Shown: positions 31,601 through 40,871, numbered from the stretch's first letter. The stretch: 64,000 nt of DNA from Armatimonadota bacterium (GCA_039679675.1 JBDKUN010000059.1:145681-209680); one strand, 5' to 3'. Numbers and translations: made by a program. The notes: generated from the letters alone by a model not told the origin.

Positions 31601-33254
31601 TCAGGTCTACTCCCACGGCAGACACGCGTAGATCCATCTTCGCCGGAGTTATCTCTCCTGATGCCCTTATGACCCCGCTTGCAACGGAACCCGCCATGCT
31701 CTTTATACTTACATGGCTGTCCCTGATCGTCAGCTGTGCTACGGCATCCCTATATGCAACATTGTCCAGGGTTCCACGTGAAACTTGAACATTAGCACCA
31801 AGTACCGGACTTGATGATAGCCCGATCACAGTAAAATGCCCCGTTGCGGTACCTCTCAGCCCGGATTTTCGCAATTGAGGTATCCGGCTGAGCTCCACAC
31901 CGGCACCTGTACCGGAAAGCGCCAATCTTGCGGCTCCATTAATGATCGTAACAGAGCCGGACGCTGTTATTCTTCCATTCAGCGCCCGCGCGGACGCGCT
32001 TTGCACAAGTATTGATCTCTCTGCATAAGTGGCTCTAATGTTAATACCTGCCGCATGGTAGCCGTTGAATCCTACCGATGGGATTTTGCCTCTTACAGCT
32101 ATGACGATATGTTTGCTGGGCCCGATAATATCGAGAGAAAGCGGGCCATGGCCTGAAATCATGATTCTGTTCAGATTGGCTGGGGATTTAAAATCTTCGA
32201 TAACCCTGGAATAATCGAAGCTGCCGGATGTAATGCGTAAATCGAACCGGGGATTCGCAAACCCTGCCATTGTGCCGTTCATGCGCATCTGAGAACCCGT
32301 AATAGAGCCTGCAAGATTGAAATCCAGTGTCTGATTTACCAGCCTTATCCTGCCTTTGATGCTAGTAGCAGGTTTTCTCAGACCTGAAACAACCGCCTGA
32401 GCGTTCCTGATATCCGCTGATCCCGCATAACTCCAGATTCTTCTGCCCTTTACCAACCGTCCGGTCACGCTCAACCGTGCATCGCCGCGCCCGCTTCGGA
32501 CTCTAACCGCTCCCTGCTTTATGAAATAGTCCATCCAGTAGGAAGCCGCCGCATTTTCGGCTGTTATATCCGTTGCTACCACGCCTGCAGTGTTGTCAAT
32601 GGAGCCAGATATTCTGACTATATTAAAGAGCTTCATACCCGGCCCTTTAGCAGAGAGGTTATATTCATAAAAAGGAGCATTTGACGCATCGAACGTCCCA
32701 TTGATATTGACAGCTTTTGTAACTGCCGGTTTCGGGCCCGGTGTACGCGCCAGCCAGTCTCTGAACACGAGTGTGCCGTCCGTAATATCGACTACACCAA
32801 TGAATGGAGGGCGGCGAGGGCCAGGCTTTCTTTTAAAGAGATCGCTGATATTGAGGCGTCCGTTTCTGAAGCGCTCCAGCAGAATAGTTGGGGAAATGAG
32901 TTTGATAGAATCCACGCTTTGTATGGCCGGGACTCGTCTGAACACAATGTCTCTCAGGCGGAAGTTGACGATAACCTGCTTGGTTTCGAGCAGCGTGCCT
33001 TTTTTGAATGATTCACCATTAGCGATTCGCAGGCCGTGTATGGTAGCAGTGCCTTTTAATGGAGATACGTCCACTTTGCCAACTTCGACTGCGCGGTTTG
33101 TCTGCTGCTCTATCTGTTCGACGAGTATTACATCTATATGCCGGATCGTATACCTGACCTGGTTTATTATGTAGAACACAGCGGCGGCGAGAAACACCGT
33201 GAGCGGGATCACGATAAGCAAAAAGATTGTCAGGCGCCGCCGTCTTGAATTCAT
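28692..33254 (-). CDS. tamB: AsmA-like / translocation and assembly module TamB protein
   Basis: N-terminal TM, 1520 aa of beta-taco repeats (GxxxxPxxxG), C-terminal DUF490-like LKSDPAGLTRTQILAAL; directly upstream of bamA. Confidence 0.85.
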   Translation of the reverse strand: MNSRRRRLTIFLLIVIPLTVFLAAAVFYIINQVRYTIRHIDVILVEQIEQQTNRAVEVGKVDVSPLKGTATIHGLRIANGESFKKGTLLETKQVIVNFRLRDIVFRRVPAIQSVDSIKLISPTILLERFRNGRLNISDLFKRKPGPRRPPFIGVVDITDGTLVFRDWLARTPGPKPAVTKAVNINGTFDASNAPFYEYNLSAKGPGMKLFNIVRISGSIDNTAGVVATDITAENAAASYWMDYFIKQGAVRVRSGRGDARLSVTGRLVKGRRIWSYAGSADIRNAQAVVSGLRKPATSIKGRIRLVNQTLDFNLAGSITGSQMRMNGTMAGFANPRFDLRITSGSFDYSRVIEDFKSPANLNRIMISGHGPLSLDIIGPSKHIVIAVRGKIPSVGFNGYHAAGINIRATYAERSILVQSASARALNGRITASGSVTIINGAARLALSGTGAGVELSRIPQLRKSGLRGTATGHFTVIGLSSSPVLGANVQVSRGTLDNVAYRDAVAQLTIRDSHVSIKSMAGSVASGVIRASGEITPAKMDLRVSAVGVDLSILQKPFGLTGYKGIVDFNGSVKGPFSNPVVTGRAEVFNGRFQRFAFDYARGRLVATSSGITLEDAVIRVLPAEVALHGKIGGIGTPSPTINFNIDVSEAPAERILSLLQVKADITGSVTGSVVIRGTAPNITAAGTLRLSDGSFAGYPVTQARAGFSYSDKQLRLTGLLAQSDNAVFSADGVIDAKGNISFNFIANNIALVQLSQYTKPYALLSGTVDAKGRIAGTVGNPRVEATVVSNNPVINTVKFDRFASEVKWSGKSLVIADVNLQSASGVLSVERASLDTEKRTVQIDGGVLKNFSYPVIYTAVSESPYIGQPGGEGLRSLLAKLRRPDTGILSASFSASGPIDEPEAKFSLTAQDVDISEIKNARIDLSAVSRRGELILESFEATAEALSVSAQGTLIANGQTDLEIDAYNVDLDALTPAAGPTHISGTATVRATVKGPIDAPLVTASAEVVNPVISGISFDRLRASQITIGRNTIEISRALVTRDSQSAAFFGTLPWNWQTFTIPTDQPIAFHAALEEQTLEVLTLLSDAVTADTKNPGLISATLDLTGSISNPNLGGQMVIKDGNINVRNFQTEFTNIQANLVFDQDLVRVETLSGGSSGGGTFDAVPGGTISLHNLFKPASGSQRGAINLVLNLNNLKLVEQNLLGYQERVTSTFSTVNGLAVSGSVTEPLISGQVALSDASVILSRVPAVSPTGIARYVINPKFNIGFNIGDNVWFRNPSIIALLRGSGQVAGSLEKPLITAGIRIDSGTLRFPTTRMRITRGNINVNWTPGRQTAGVTVDLHAQTTITATSGLGTQQRYKITLDVSGPLDKLEPENISLKSDPAGLTRTQILAALGHFEDIFGTGETELRDQLRELFSVAVSPRLFDPLETTFIEALGLEDFSIEYGFEQPLAVFLSRELFDNFYLSYWRIVTGAQTITGATYSLTLSYRIRDWLEFSYVTDSRRLGVLEMSYNRRF

Positions 33255-33263
33255 TGCAGGTTA

Positions 33264-33980
33264 TTATCCTAACCCATCCTTGAGGTTCAGAAAATTTGTA
33301 AAATGAGCCACAATCCGTTCTTTCACTGTTTTCATATCCGGCGCGGGCTCAAGAAGCCGTTTGAGCGAGGTAATCTGCTCGGATTGAAGCCCACACGGAT
33401 TGATAAAACCGAAGTGACTCAGGTTCGGATCGACGTTGAATGCGAAACCGTGATAGGTTACGCCTCCACGAATTGCGATTCCTATGGAACATACCTTCTT
33501 GCCGCATGTCCAAACCCCTGCAAGGCCATTGTTGCATCCTTCCAGACCGAAATCGGCAAGTGTCGAGATGATTATACTTTCTATAAGACGCAGAAAGCTG
33601 TGTACATCGCTCTTTATAAGGCGAAGATCGATTATAAGATAGCCGGTAAGCTGCCCTGGGCCGTGATATGTAACGTCTCCGCCTCGGTCTGTCTTTACTA
33701 TTTCTATCCCATTTTTCTTGAGTATACTCTCAGAAACCAGAAGATTTTCAGCATGGGTGCTGACTCCGAGGGTCATCACGGGATAATGCTCCAGGAGCAC
33801 CAACGCGCCGCCGATTTTTTTGGCTTTGACATCCGCATGAAGCGACAACTGCAGATCAAGCGCATCTCTGTATCTCATCAGTCCTGCATCTATGACTTTA
33901 AACTGGGAATTTCCGGCATCTGACTGGCGGATATAAGATCTTTCCAAAAACTTGTTCAAGTGGGTTTTCTCCGAGCGCAA
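33264..33980 (-). CDS. lipB: Lipoyl(octanoyl) transferase
   Basis: LLEHYPVMTLG, TDRGGDVTYHGPGQL, KVCSIGI, HGFAFNV, INPCG. Confidence 0.95.
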   Translation of the reverse strand: MRSEKTHLNKFLERSYIRQSDAGNSQFKVIDAGLMRYRDALDLQLSLHADVKAKKIGGALVLLEHYPVMTLGVSTHAENLLVSESILKKNGIEIVKTDRGGDVTYHGPGQLTGYLIIDLRLIKSDVHSFLRLIESIIISTLADFGLEGCNNGLAGVWTCGKKVCSIGIAIRGGVTYHGFAFNVDPNLSHFGFINPCGLQSEQITSLKRLLEPAPDMKTVKERIVAHFTNFLNLKDGLG

Positions 33981-34008
33981 TCATTATCGCATTAATAACG
34001 ACCTACCT

Positions 34009-34037
34009 AGTATACCCAGCAGTATGAGGCTGGTCAA
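34009..34037 (-). promoter_or_regulatory. Sigma70 promoter for lipB-tamB-bamA
   Basis: TTGACC-17nt-TATACT. Confidence 0.7.
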
Positions 34038-34067
34038 CCAAACAGGCGATTTTGGGCAGTCTCTCGT

Positions 34068-34096
34068 TTGACACAATAAGGCATTTTGGCTAATAT
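34068..34096 (+). promoter_or_regulatory. Sigma70 promoter for hisS-aspS
   Basis: TTGACA-17nt-TAATAT; GGAGG RBS before the ATG at 34120. Confidence 0.7.
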
Positions 34097-34119
34097 CATG
34101 TGGAGGAGCAATAAATAAA

Positions 34120-35373
34120 ATGACCAGGTTCAGTGCGCCGCGGGGAACGCAGGATGTCTTACCGTCTGCAACCCCGCGTTGGCAGTTTATTGAGAATAAA
34201 TTCAGAGAAATATGCAGGCTTTTCGACTTCAGGGAGATACGGACTCCGACATTCGAAGAGACTGAACTTTTCACACGCCACACGGGCAAGACTACGGACA
34301 TCGTCACGAAGCAGATGTATACCTTCACCGATCAGGGAGGTCGAAGCCTGACACTTAAACCGGAAGGTACGCCTCCCACAGTAAGGGCTTATCTCGAACA
34401 CAACCTCGGTGCAGAGCTTCCCGTATCTAAACTTTATTATTTCAGCCGGATTTTCCGCTACGAGCGGCCTCAGTCCGGGCGTTATAGAGAGCACAACCAG
34501 ATGGGACTTGAAATGATCGGCGCTTCCGACCCATCAGCGGATGTTGAAGTCATCTCTCTTGCTTGGAAGTTCTTCAAAGACCTCGGAATAACCGGCGTGG
34601 AGCTGCGGCTGAACTCTATCGGCGGCCCTGAAGACCGCCCGACTTACAGAGAGGCGCTCCGCAAGTTCGCAGCCCCTTTCGTTCATGAGCTTTGCCCGAC
34701 ATGCCAGGTGAGATATGAGCAAAACCCGCTAAGAATGCTTGACTGCAAGGATGAACATTGTAAGGAACTCCTCGCCGATGCTCCTGCGATTGTAGATATT
34801 ATCTGCGATGACTGCAAGGCACACTTCGAGACGGTAAAGAGCTATCTGAAGGCGCTGGATATCCCGTACGTACTCGACCCGCACCTTGTTCGAGGATTGG
34901 ATTACTACACGAGGACGATTTTCGAGTTTCAGACTCCTCACCTCGGCGCGCAGAACACTATCTGCGGCGGCGGGCGGTACGATATGATGATAGAGGAAAT
35001 GGGCGGCTCCCCCACTCCATCGCTCGGCTTCGGGCTAGGAATGGAAAGGCTCCTCCTTACCCTCGAAAAGCTCGGAATCGAGCTTGAGGTAGATACAAGA
35101 CCGGGTATTTTCCTCGCTGTTATGGGAAGCGAAGCGCGTGAAGCGGCAATCAGGCTTATTTACGACCTGAGAGATAATGGTATATCGGCTGAAACCGATT
35201 TCACCGGAAGGAGCCTCAAGTCGCAGATGAAACTTGCTGACAAACTTGGCGCGAAGTTCGTATTGATAATCGGTGAAGATGAGATCAAAAAGGGCGTAGT
35301 ATCCTTGAGAGACATGCTCGCTAAAGAGCAGCGGGAAGTCCCTATCGATAAAGTTGTGGAGGCAGTATGCTAA
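34120..35373 (+). CDS. hisS: Histidine--tRNA ligase
   Basis: RGTQD, LKPEGT, FRYERPQSGRYRE, LVRGLDYYTRT, GGGRYD. Confidence 0.98.
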   Translation: MTRFSAPRGTQDVLPSATPRWQFIENKFREICRLFDFREIRTPTFEETELFTRHTGKTTDIVTKQMYTFTDQGGRSLTLKPEGTPPTVRAYLEHNLGAELPVSKLYYFSRIFRYERPQSGRYREHNQMGLEMIGASDPSADVEVISLAWKFFKDLGITGVELRLNSIGGPEDRPTYREALRKFAAPFVHELCPTCQVRYEQNPLRMLDCKDEHCKELLADAPAIVDIICDDCKAHFETVKSYLKALDIPYVLDPHLVRGLDYYTRTIFEFQTPHLGAQNTICGGGRYDMMIEEMGGSPTPSLGFGLGMERLLLTLEKLGIELEVDTRPGIFLAVMGSEAREAAIRLIYDLRDNGISAETDFTGRSLKSQMKLADKLGAKFVLIIGEDEIKKGVVSLRDMLAKEQREVPIDKVVEAVC

Positions 35374-37142
35374 AAAGAACGGTGTGGTGCGGTGAAGTTA
35401 CAGCCGATCAGACAGGCCAGGAAGTGCGGCTTAACGGCTGGGTACAGCGAATTCGTGACCATGGAGGACTGATATTCATCGACCTCCGCGACAGGACAGG
35501 AATCATCCAGACGGTCATCGACCCCGTAAAGACTCCTGATGCATTTAAAGTCGCAGAAGGCGTGCGCGGCGAATATGTTCTGGAAATCACCGGTAAAGTA
35601 AGGCCCAGGCCGGAAGGGACTGAGAACCCGCACTTGAAGACAGGCGAAGTCGAGGTGGAAGTAACCGCTATCGAGGTGCTAAACGTCGCCAAGACGCCGC
35701 CGTTCCCTATTTCCGACCAGATCGACGTGGACGAGATGATCAGACTGAAGTACCGTTATCTCGACCTGCGCCGTTCCAGTATGCAGCACAAGATATTCCT
35801 CCGCCACAAGATCGTAAAGCTCATCAGGGACTTCATGGACGAGCACGAGTTTATCGAAGTCGAGACACCTGTTCTCATCAAGAGCACACCTGAGGGTGCA
35901 CGTGACTATCTCGTACCTGCAAGGCTCTATCCGGGTTCGTTCTACGCGCTTCCGCAGTCTCCACAGCAGCTCAAACAGCTTCTGATGGTTGCAGGGTTCG
36001 AGCGCTACTTCCAGATAGCCAGATGTTTCAGGGATGAGGACCCAAGGGCAGACCGCCAGCCTGAGTTCACACAGCTCGACCTTGAGATGAGTTTCATCAA
36101 GCAGGAAGATGTTTTCGAGCTTATGGACGATCTTTATTCTCAGATGGTCGAAAAGCTCTCTGATAAGAAGCTCAAGTTCCCTATTCCGTTCCCTAGATAT
36201 TCTTATAACGAAGTAATGGAGCGCTACGGCTCGGATAAACCAGACCTCAGGTTCGGGATGGAGCTTTATAACCTTACGGATATTGCTGCTACAACCGATT
36301 TTCAAGTATTCAAGAGCACTGCAGAGTCCGGCGGACAGGTCAAAGGCATTACTCTCCCCGGCTGCGCCGGCTACAGCCGAAAAGAGATAGATGAGCTTAC
36401 CCAGTTTGCAAAGACATTCGGCGCAAAGGGTCTTGTTACGATTGCGGTCCTTGAAGACGGCGTCAAATCATCTATTGCCAAGTTCCTGACGGATGAGCAG
36501 ATGGATGCTATCATCGAGCGGGCACAGGCAAAGACCGGCGATCTCTTGGCAATCGTTGCCGACAAGCCTGATGTTGTCGCTGCTGCACTCGGACGGTTGA
36601 GGGCTGAGATGGGCAAGCGGCTCGGACTTGCCAGCAAGGACGAAATGGCGTTCTGCTGGGTAGTAGACTTCCCGCTGGTCGAGTGGGACGAGGATGGGAA
36701 ACGCTGGGATGCTATGCACCATCCGTTCACATCGCCGCATGAGGACGATATGCAGTATCTCGACACCGACCCGGCGAGAGTCCGGGCGTGGTGTTATGAT
36801 TTGGTCTGCAACGGTTTCGAGCTCGGTTCAGGCAGCATAAGAATACACAGACGGGATGTTCAGACGAAGGTCTTCGAGCTTATGAACTACAGCGAAGAGG
36901 CTGCACAGGAGAGATTTGGGCATATGCTGGAAGCTTTCGAATACGGCGCGCCGCCGCACGGGGGGTTCGCGTCGGGAATCGACCGGACAGTGACGCTATT
37001 CACGGACGACGATAGCATCCGGGAGGTAATCGCCTTCCCGAAGACATCTACTGGAATCGATCCAATGACCGCTGCCCCAGCGCCTGTTGACGATGCACAG
37101 CTTGAAGAACTGCATATACAGGTTGTTGAAGAAGAGGAATAG
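35367..37142 (+). CDS. aspS: Aspartate--tRNA ligase (likely non-discriminating Asp/Asn)
   Basis: RDHGGLIFIDLRD, STPEGARDY, LPQSPQ, DRQPEFTQLD, GAPPHGG. Confidence 0.98.
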   Translation: MLKRTVWCGEVTADQTGQEVRLNGWVQRIRDHGGLIFIDLRDRTGIIQTVIDPVKTPDAFKVAEGVRGEYVLEITGKVRPRPEGTENPHLKTGEVEVEVTAIEVLNVAKTPPFPISDQIDVDEMIRLKYRYLDLRRSSMQHKIFLRHKIVKLIRDFMDEHEFIEVETPVLIKSTPEGARDYLVPARLYPGSFYALPQSPQQLKQLLMVAGFERYFQIARCFRDEDPRADRQPEFTQLDLEMSFIKQEDVFELMDDLYSQMVEKLSDKKLKFPIPFPRYSYNEVMERYGSDKPDLRFGMELYNLTDIAATTDFQVFKSTAESGGQVKGITLPGCAGYSRKEIDELTQFAKTFGAKGLVTIAVLEDGVKSSIAKFLTDEQMDAIIERAQAKTGDLLAIVADKPDVVAAALGRLRAEMGKRLGLASKDEMAFCWVVDFPLVEWDEDGKRWDAMHHPFTSPHEDDMQYLDTDPARVRAWCYDLVCNGFELGSGSIRIHRRDVQTKVFELMNYSEEAAQERFGHMLEAFEYGAPPHGGFASGIDRTVTLFTDDDSIREVIAFPKTSTGIDPMTAAPAPVDDAQLEELHIQVVEEEE

Positions 37143-37153
37143 TTAGCAAATCT

Positions 37154-37196
37154 AAAAAAATAGAGAAGGCCGGGGCAAATCCTGGCCTTCTTTTTT
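37154..37196. terminator. Bidirectional intrinsic terminator
   Basis: A7...AGAAGGCCGGG-loop-CCTGGCCTTCT-T-tract between convergent aspS and AI-2E genes. Confidence 0.8.
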
Positions 37197-37203
37197 ATGG
37201 GAT

Positions 37204-38367
37204 TTACTTCTGTTTTTTCACCCGATCCTTTATTCTGGCAAAGAGTGACGGCTTTTTCGGCTTTTCTTCCTCCTTCGGGCCTCTCAGTGGCGGATAGAAC
37301 TCCAAAACAAGTATCTGGATGCTCGCCGCGACCGGAACGGAGATTATCATGCCGACAAACCCGAACATTCTCGCACCGATCAGAAGAGAAATTATCGAAA
37401 GTGCAGGATGAAGTCCTACAGCTTTGCCGACGATCTTGGGAGTAACGGCGTTATCGAAAGCCTGGTTCATAACAAGAATGGCAAGAGCAGCCCATATGCC
37501 CATCATAGGGTTCCCGCTTGCTACCATCGCAACGGTACCGGCCAAAATCACAGTGCTTATCGTGCCTATGTATGGAACGAGCGACAAAACACCCGCTGCA
37601 GCTCCTAAAATCACAGCATACGGCACACCCAAAATCCGAATAACAACGCCACAGGCTATGCCGTACAGGACTGCTACAGTTAAAAGCCCCCGGATGTAAG
37701 CTCCAAACACACGGCCCACAGAGTTTGCAAGTGAAGCTGTCCGTTCCCTATGCCGCTCCGGCGCAAGAAGCAGCGCCTTTGCCTTGATCTTGTCGATGTC
37801 TATCAGAAGGAAAATCGTGACGATAGGGATAATCACCAGCCATACGATGCTGGATAACAGTCCTCCGAGCCACGTCCCGACTCGCGAAAATGATGCAGCA
37901 GCAATATTTTCGATCTGGCTTCCATAACGGGTTGAAATATCTTCCATAGAGGTCGGCAGATGGACGCGCTCAAGCAGGCTGCGATGATTTGACATGAACC
38001 CATTAATATAAGTTCCGGCCTCGCGTGTATATGTCGGCGCATTTTTCGCCAGTTCTTTCGCCTGATCGATCAGTGCAGGTATCAGAAAAACTGCTGATAT
38101 AACGATTACGGCTACGAAAGCAAGCGCTACAATCCCTACGGCTGCGCCGCGGGATATACCTCGCCGCTGTATCCGGTCGATAGTGGAATCAAGAAGAAGT
38201 GCCAGCGCAAATGCGAAAGAAAGAGGCAGCAGTACATCGAGGACAGGCTTGATGACCGGCAGATATAGTATTTGAATGATGTGAAGCGCTGCTGCGACTG
38301 CCAGAAGCACGGCAGCCCATGAAGTAATACGAAGCCAACTGCGTGTAGTCATAGTGTGAGATACCAA
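37204..38367 (-). CDS. AI-2E family transporter
   Basis: Multi-TM, YIRGLL, LVPYIG, PKIVGKAVGLHP, GMIISVP. Confidence 0.92.
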   Translation of the reverse strand: MVSHTMTTRSWLRITSWAAVLLAVAAALHIIQILYLPVIKPVLDVLLPLSFAFALALLLDSTIDRIQRRGISRGAAVGIVALAFVAVIVISAVFLIPALIDQAKELAKNAPTYTREAGTYINGFMSNHRSLLERVHLPTSMEDISTRYGSQIENIAAASFSRVGTWLGGLLSSIVWLVIIPIVTIFLLIDIDKIKAKALLLAPERHRERTASLANSVGRVFGAYIRGLLTVAVLYGIACGVVIRILGVPYAVILGAAAGVLSLVPYIGTISTVILAGTVAMVASGNPMMGIWAALAILVMNQAFDNAVTPKIVGKAVGLHPALSIISLLIGARMFGFVGMIISVPVAASIQILVLEFYPPLRGPKEEEKPKKPSLFARIKDRVKKQK

Positions 38368-38372
38368 TTAAT

Positions 38373-38400
38373 GGCGGAGGGCATTTATGTACCCTCCGCC
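38373..38400 (-). terminator. Hairpin after the sigma factor gene
   Basis: GGCGGAGGG-10nt-CCCTCCGCC. Confidence 0.55.
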
Positions 38401-38419
38401 CTATTGTGAATGCGGTCTT

Positions 38420-39208
38420 TTATTCGCTTAACAGGTCTTTCAACCGTTTCAGTGCTTTTTGCTGAAGTCTGGAAACATGCATCTGAGAGATGTTCAGCCT
38501 CCGCGCGACCTCAGTCTGAGACATATCCTTAAAGAAGCGATAGTAAATAATCGCCTTTTCTCTTGGTTCAAGGCATTCCATCGCCTGTTTCAAGTCACCG
38601 TAAGTATCTATATTCTGCAGCGACCCATCCATCCCGCCGACGAACTCTGCGAGAGTGAGCGGTGCGGATTCTCCCTCATGAGACAGCTTGCTGTCCAGAG
38701 AAACTGTGTCATAGGCGTTTCCCAGCTCTATTGCTTCGAGCGTCTCTTCTTCCGTCGCTCCTACTTCTTTGGCAATGTCCTGGATGGTGGGTGGGCGGCC
38801 GAGTGATTGACTCAGCCTCTCCGCGGCCTTATTTGCAGCAAGGTTCAACTCCTGCAGGCGGCGGGGCACTTTCAAACTCCATGCTTTGTCGCGGAAATGG
38901 CGTCTGATTTCACCTACAATTGTTGGGGTCGCATAAGTCGAGAACTTGGTTCCCCGTTCAGGATCGAACCTGTCAATCGCGTTTATAAGCCCGATGACAC
39001 CGACCTGAACGAGGTCTTCAAGCGCCTCGCCCCTGTTCGCAAACTTGCCCGCCAAAAAGCGCACCAGGTTCTGGTGCATTATGACAAGCTGATCGCGAAT
39101 TTCAGGGTCTCGCGTCCTGGTATAACGACGAAACAATTGCTCAGTTTCTTCGTCTGTCCATTCCGCAACGCTACCCTTTCTTCGCGTTGCCATAGCATTA
39201 ACCCGCAT
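38420..39208 (-). CDS. sigB: SigB/SigF/SigG-family RNA polymerase sigma factor
   Basis: DLVQVGVIGLINAIDRFD, FSTYATPTIVGEIRRHFRD, SQTEVA..ISQMHVSRL. Confidence 0.92.
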   Translation of the reverse strand: MRVNAMATRRKGSVAEWTDEETEQLFRRYTRTRDPEIRDQLVIMHQNLVRFLAGKFANRGEALEDLVQVGVIGLINAIDRFDPERGTKFSTYATPTIVGEIRRHFRDKAWSLKVPRRLQELNLAANKAAERLSQSLGRPPTIQDIAKEVGATEEETLEAIELGNAYDTVSLDSKLSHEGESAPLTLAEFVGGMDGSLQNIDTYGDLKQAMECLEPREKAIIYYRFFKDMSQTEVARRLNISQMHVSRLQQKALKRLKDLLSE

Positions 39209-39614
39209 ACTTTACCATCTTGACATGTGTTCCGCCGTTAAGCGGTGTCACAGTAACCTCGTCAACGAGCAGCGTTATAAGAAGCGCGCCAAGACTTTCA
39301 GGTTCGTTTTCGTTATCCTGATCATCAGACACTTCCCGCCGCTCACCTGAACTGTCGATGATATCCACTGTCAGCTTCGTATCAGCGATACTGCTTCTGA
39401 CAACGATATCAGTATCTGCCCGATTATTCTTTGTGGCCCACTCAACCGATGTCGTGCAGGCCTCACCGACAGCAAGCCTGACATCTTCCACCTGGTCGTA
39501 TGAGAATTTCATTCTGCTTGCAACGCCAAGTAATGCCAGTCTTGCGACGCCGACATATTCAGGTCTGCAAGGTATCCTTAGCTCGACAACAGCGGGCTCA
39601 CTTTGAGCTTCCAC
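39198..39614 (-). CDS. rsbW: RsbW-like anti-sigma factor (degenerate HATPase motifs)
   Basis: LRIPCRPEYVGVARL, VEDVRLAVGEAC, LVDEV..GGTHVKMVK; GTG start at 39614 behind GGGAG. Confidence 0.85.
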   Translation of the reverse strand: MEAQSEPAVVELRIPCRPEYVGVARLALLGVASRMKFSYDQVEDVRLAVGEACTTSVEWATKNNRADTDIVVRSSIADTKLTVDIIDSSGERREVSDDQDNENEPESLGALLITLLVDEVTVTPLNGGTHVKMVKYAG

Positions 39615-39693
39615 CGAACCACGCTCCCTTCTCTCGTACTGCAAACCGCCGGGACGCAATGCCCCCGCCGGATATGCCGATCCTCTGTATTGA

Positions 39694-40047
39694 TCACGGA
39701 ACCAATTGGATAGCAATTTTTGCTTCATCTGCGCTATTGTAGATATCAAAAATCTTGTCCAGTCCGGTTATCTCAAAAACCCGGCGGATTCTTGGGTTCG
39801 GACATATCAGCGACAAGTTGCCGTCACGTTCCCTCATCCGTTTGAGGCCCCCGATCAGCACGCCGAGCGCAGTGCTGTCGAAATACTCGACTTCAGTAAG
39901 ATCAATGAGAATCTGATTTGCGCCTGCTTCAAGCATTCCGATCATCTGCTGCTTGAGCTGCGGCGCGGTATAAACATCGACTTCACCGGTCAGTTTTATA
40001 ACCGGCACACCACTTTCCATATTGTATGTGTCTATACTGAAATTCAC
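39694..40047 (-). CDS. rsbV: RsbV/SpoIIAA anti-anti-sigma factor (STAS)
   Basis: GEVDVYTAPQL, YFDSTALGVL, FEITGLDKIF; GTG start at 40047. Confidence 0.93.
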   Translation of the reverse strand: MNFSIDTYNMESGVPVIKLTGEVDVYTAPQLKQQMIGMLEAGANQILIDLTEVEYFDSTALGVLIGGLKRMRERDGNLSLICPNPRIRRVFEITGLDKIFDIYNSADEAKIAIQLVP

Positions 40048-40178
40048 TTTGATATCACTCCATTCTGCCCAAAAATGGACCACAGCACGGTAGTGAATCC
40101 TACTCTAATCATTCCCCTGAAAGCCTACGTATATCCCAAATGCAAACGTTCCATTTGGCGGAGTTTTCAGACTTTATT

Positions 40179-40445
40179 TTAAGCCTCTCCTGACTCTTCT
40201 TCGGCTCGTCTTTTATTTATAGTCTCCTGAACCTTGGCCTTTGCGGATTCGACCATCTCTGCGCTCTTTCTGCGAAAGTCTTCAGTCGATTTCGATAGTT
40301 CATGCATTGCGCTTTTGATGTCTTCGCGAGTCTCGGTACCTGATTTTGGAGCAAACAGCAGCGCTACTCCCGCGCCGATTATTGCACCTATGCCAATTCC
40401 TGCCAGAAAGTTCAGAGCAACGCCCTTTTCCTCATTATTACTCAT
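40179..40445 (-). CDS. YtxH domain protein
   Basis: FLAGIGIGAIIGAGVALLFAPKSGTETR. Confidence 0.9.
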   Translation of the reverse strand: MSNNEEKGVALNFLAGIGIGAIIGAGVALLFAPKSGTETREDIKSAMHELSKSTEDFRRKSAEMVESAKAKVQETINKRRAEEESGEA

Positions 40446-40451
40446 TTATCC

Positions 40452-40871
40452 CTAATCCTCCTTTGTTTTGCCTGCGAATGAATGAAATACCCGCAGAGCC
40501 TCCTTGATTCCGGCCAGTACACCGGCGGCTGTGGAATGTGTACCTTTGACCACCTTTATAGCGGCGTCTGCGACAGTTGCGCCCCTAAGAAGCCTGTCCA
40601 TCGATGACAGAATATCATCCACCCTGTAAAGCTCCTCAGTGGTCCTGTCTGCCAGCCTGTCTACTGACCTCAGCGTACTCTGGGCTGCCCGCAGCGTATC
40701 GTTCGCTGTCTGAATTGTTGACGGCAGCTCATCACGAACACTATTTATCGAATCTTCCGCTGCATCCGCAGCTCTGCTGATCCTTTTCGCGATCAGAATT
40801 CCTGCTATGACCATAACCAGCAGGACCAGGCTGTTTATTACTACAGCGGCAACTAACAAACCTTGCAGCAC
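40452..40871 (-). CDS. DUF948/YtxG-like membrane-anchored coiled-coil protein
   Basis: N-terminal TM then amphipathic coiled coil; directly upstream of ytxH. Confidence 0.65.
   Translation of the reverse strand: MLQGLLVAAVVINSLVLLVMVIAGILIAKRISRAADAAEDSINSVRDELPSTIQTANDTLRAAQSTLRSVDRLADRTTEELYRVDDILSSMDRLLRGATVADAAIKVVKGTHSTAAGVLAGIKEALRVFHSFAGKTKED

Noticed and set aside
34038..34119. T-box leader for hisS-aspS
   Set aside because: The -10 box is only ~23 nt from the start codon, leaving no room
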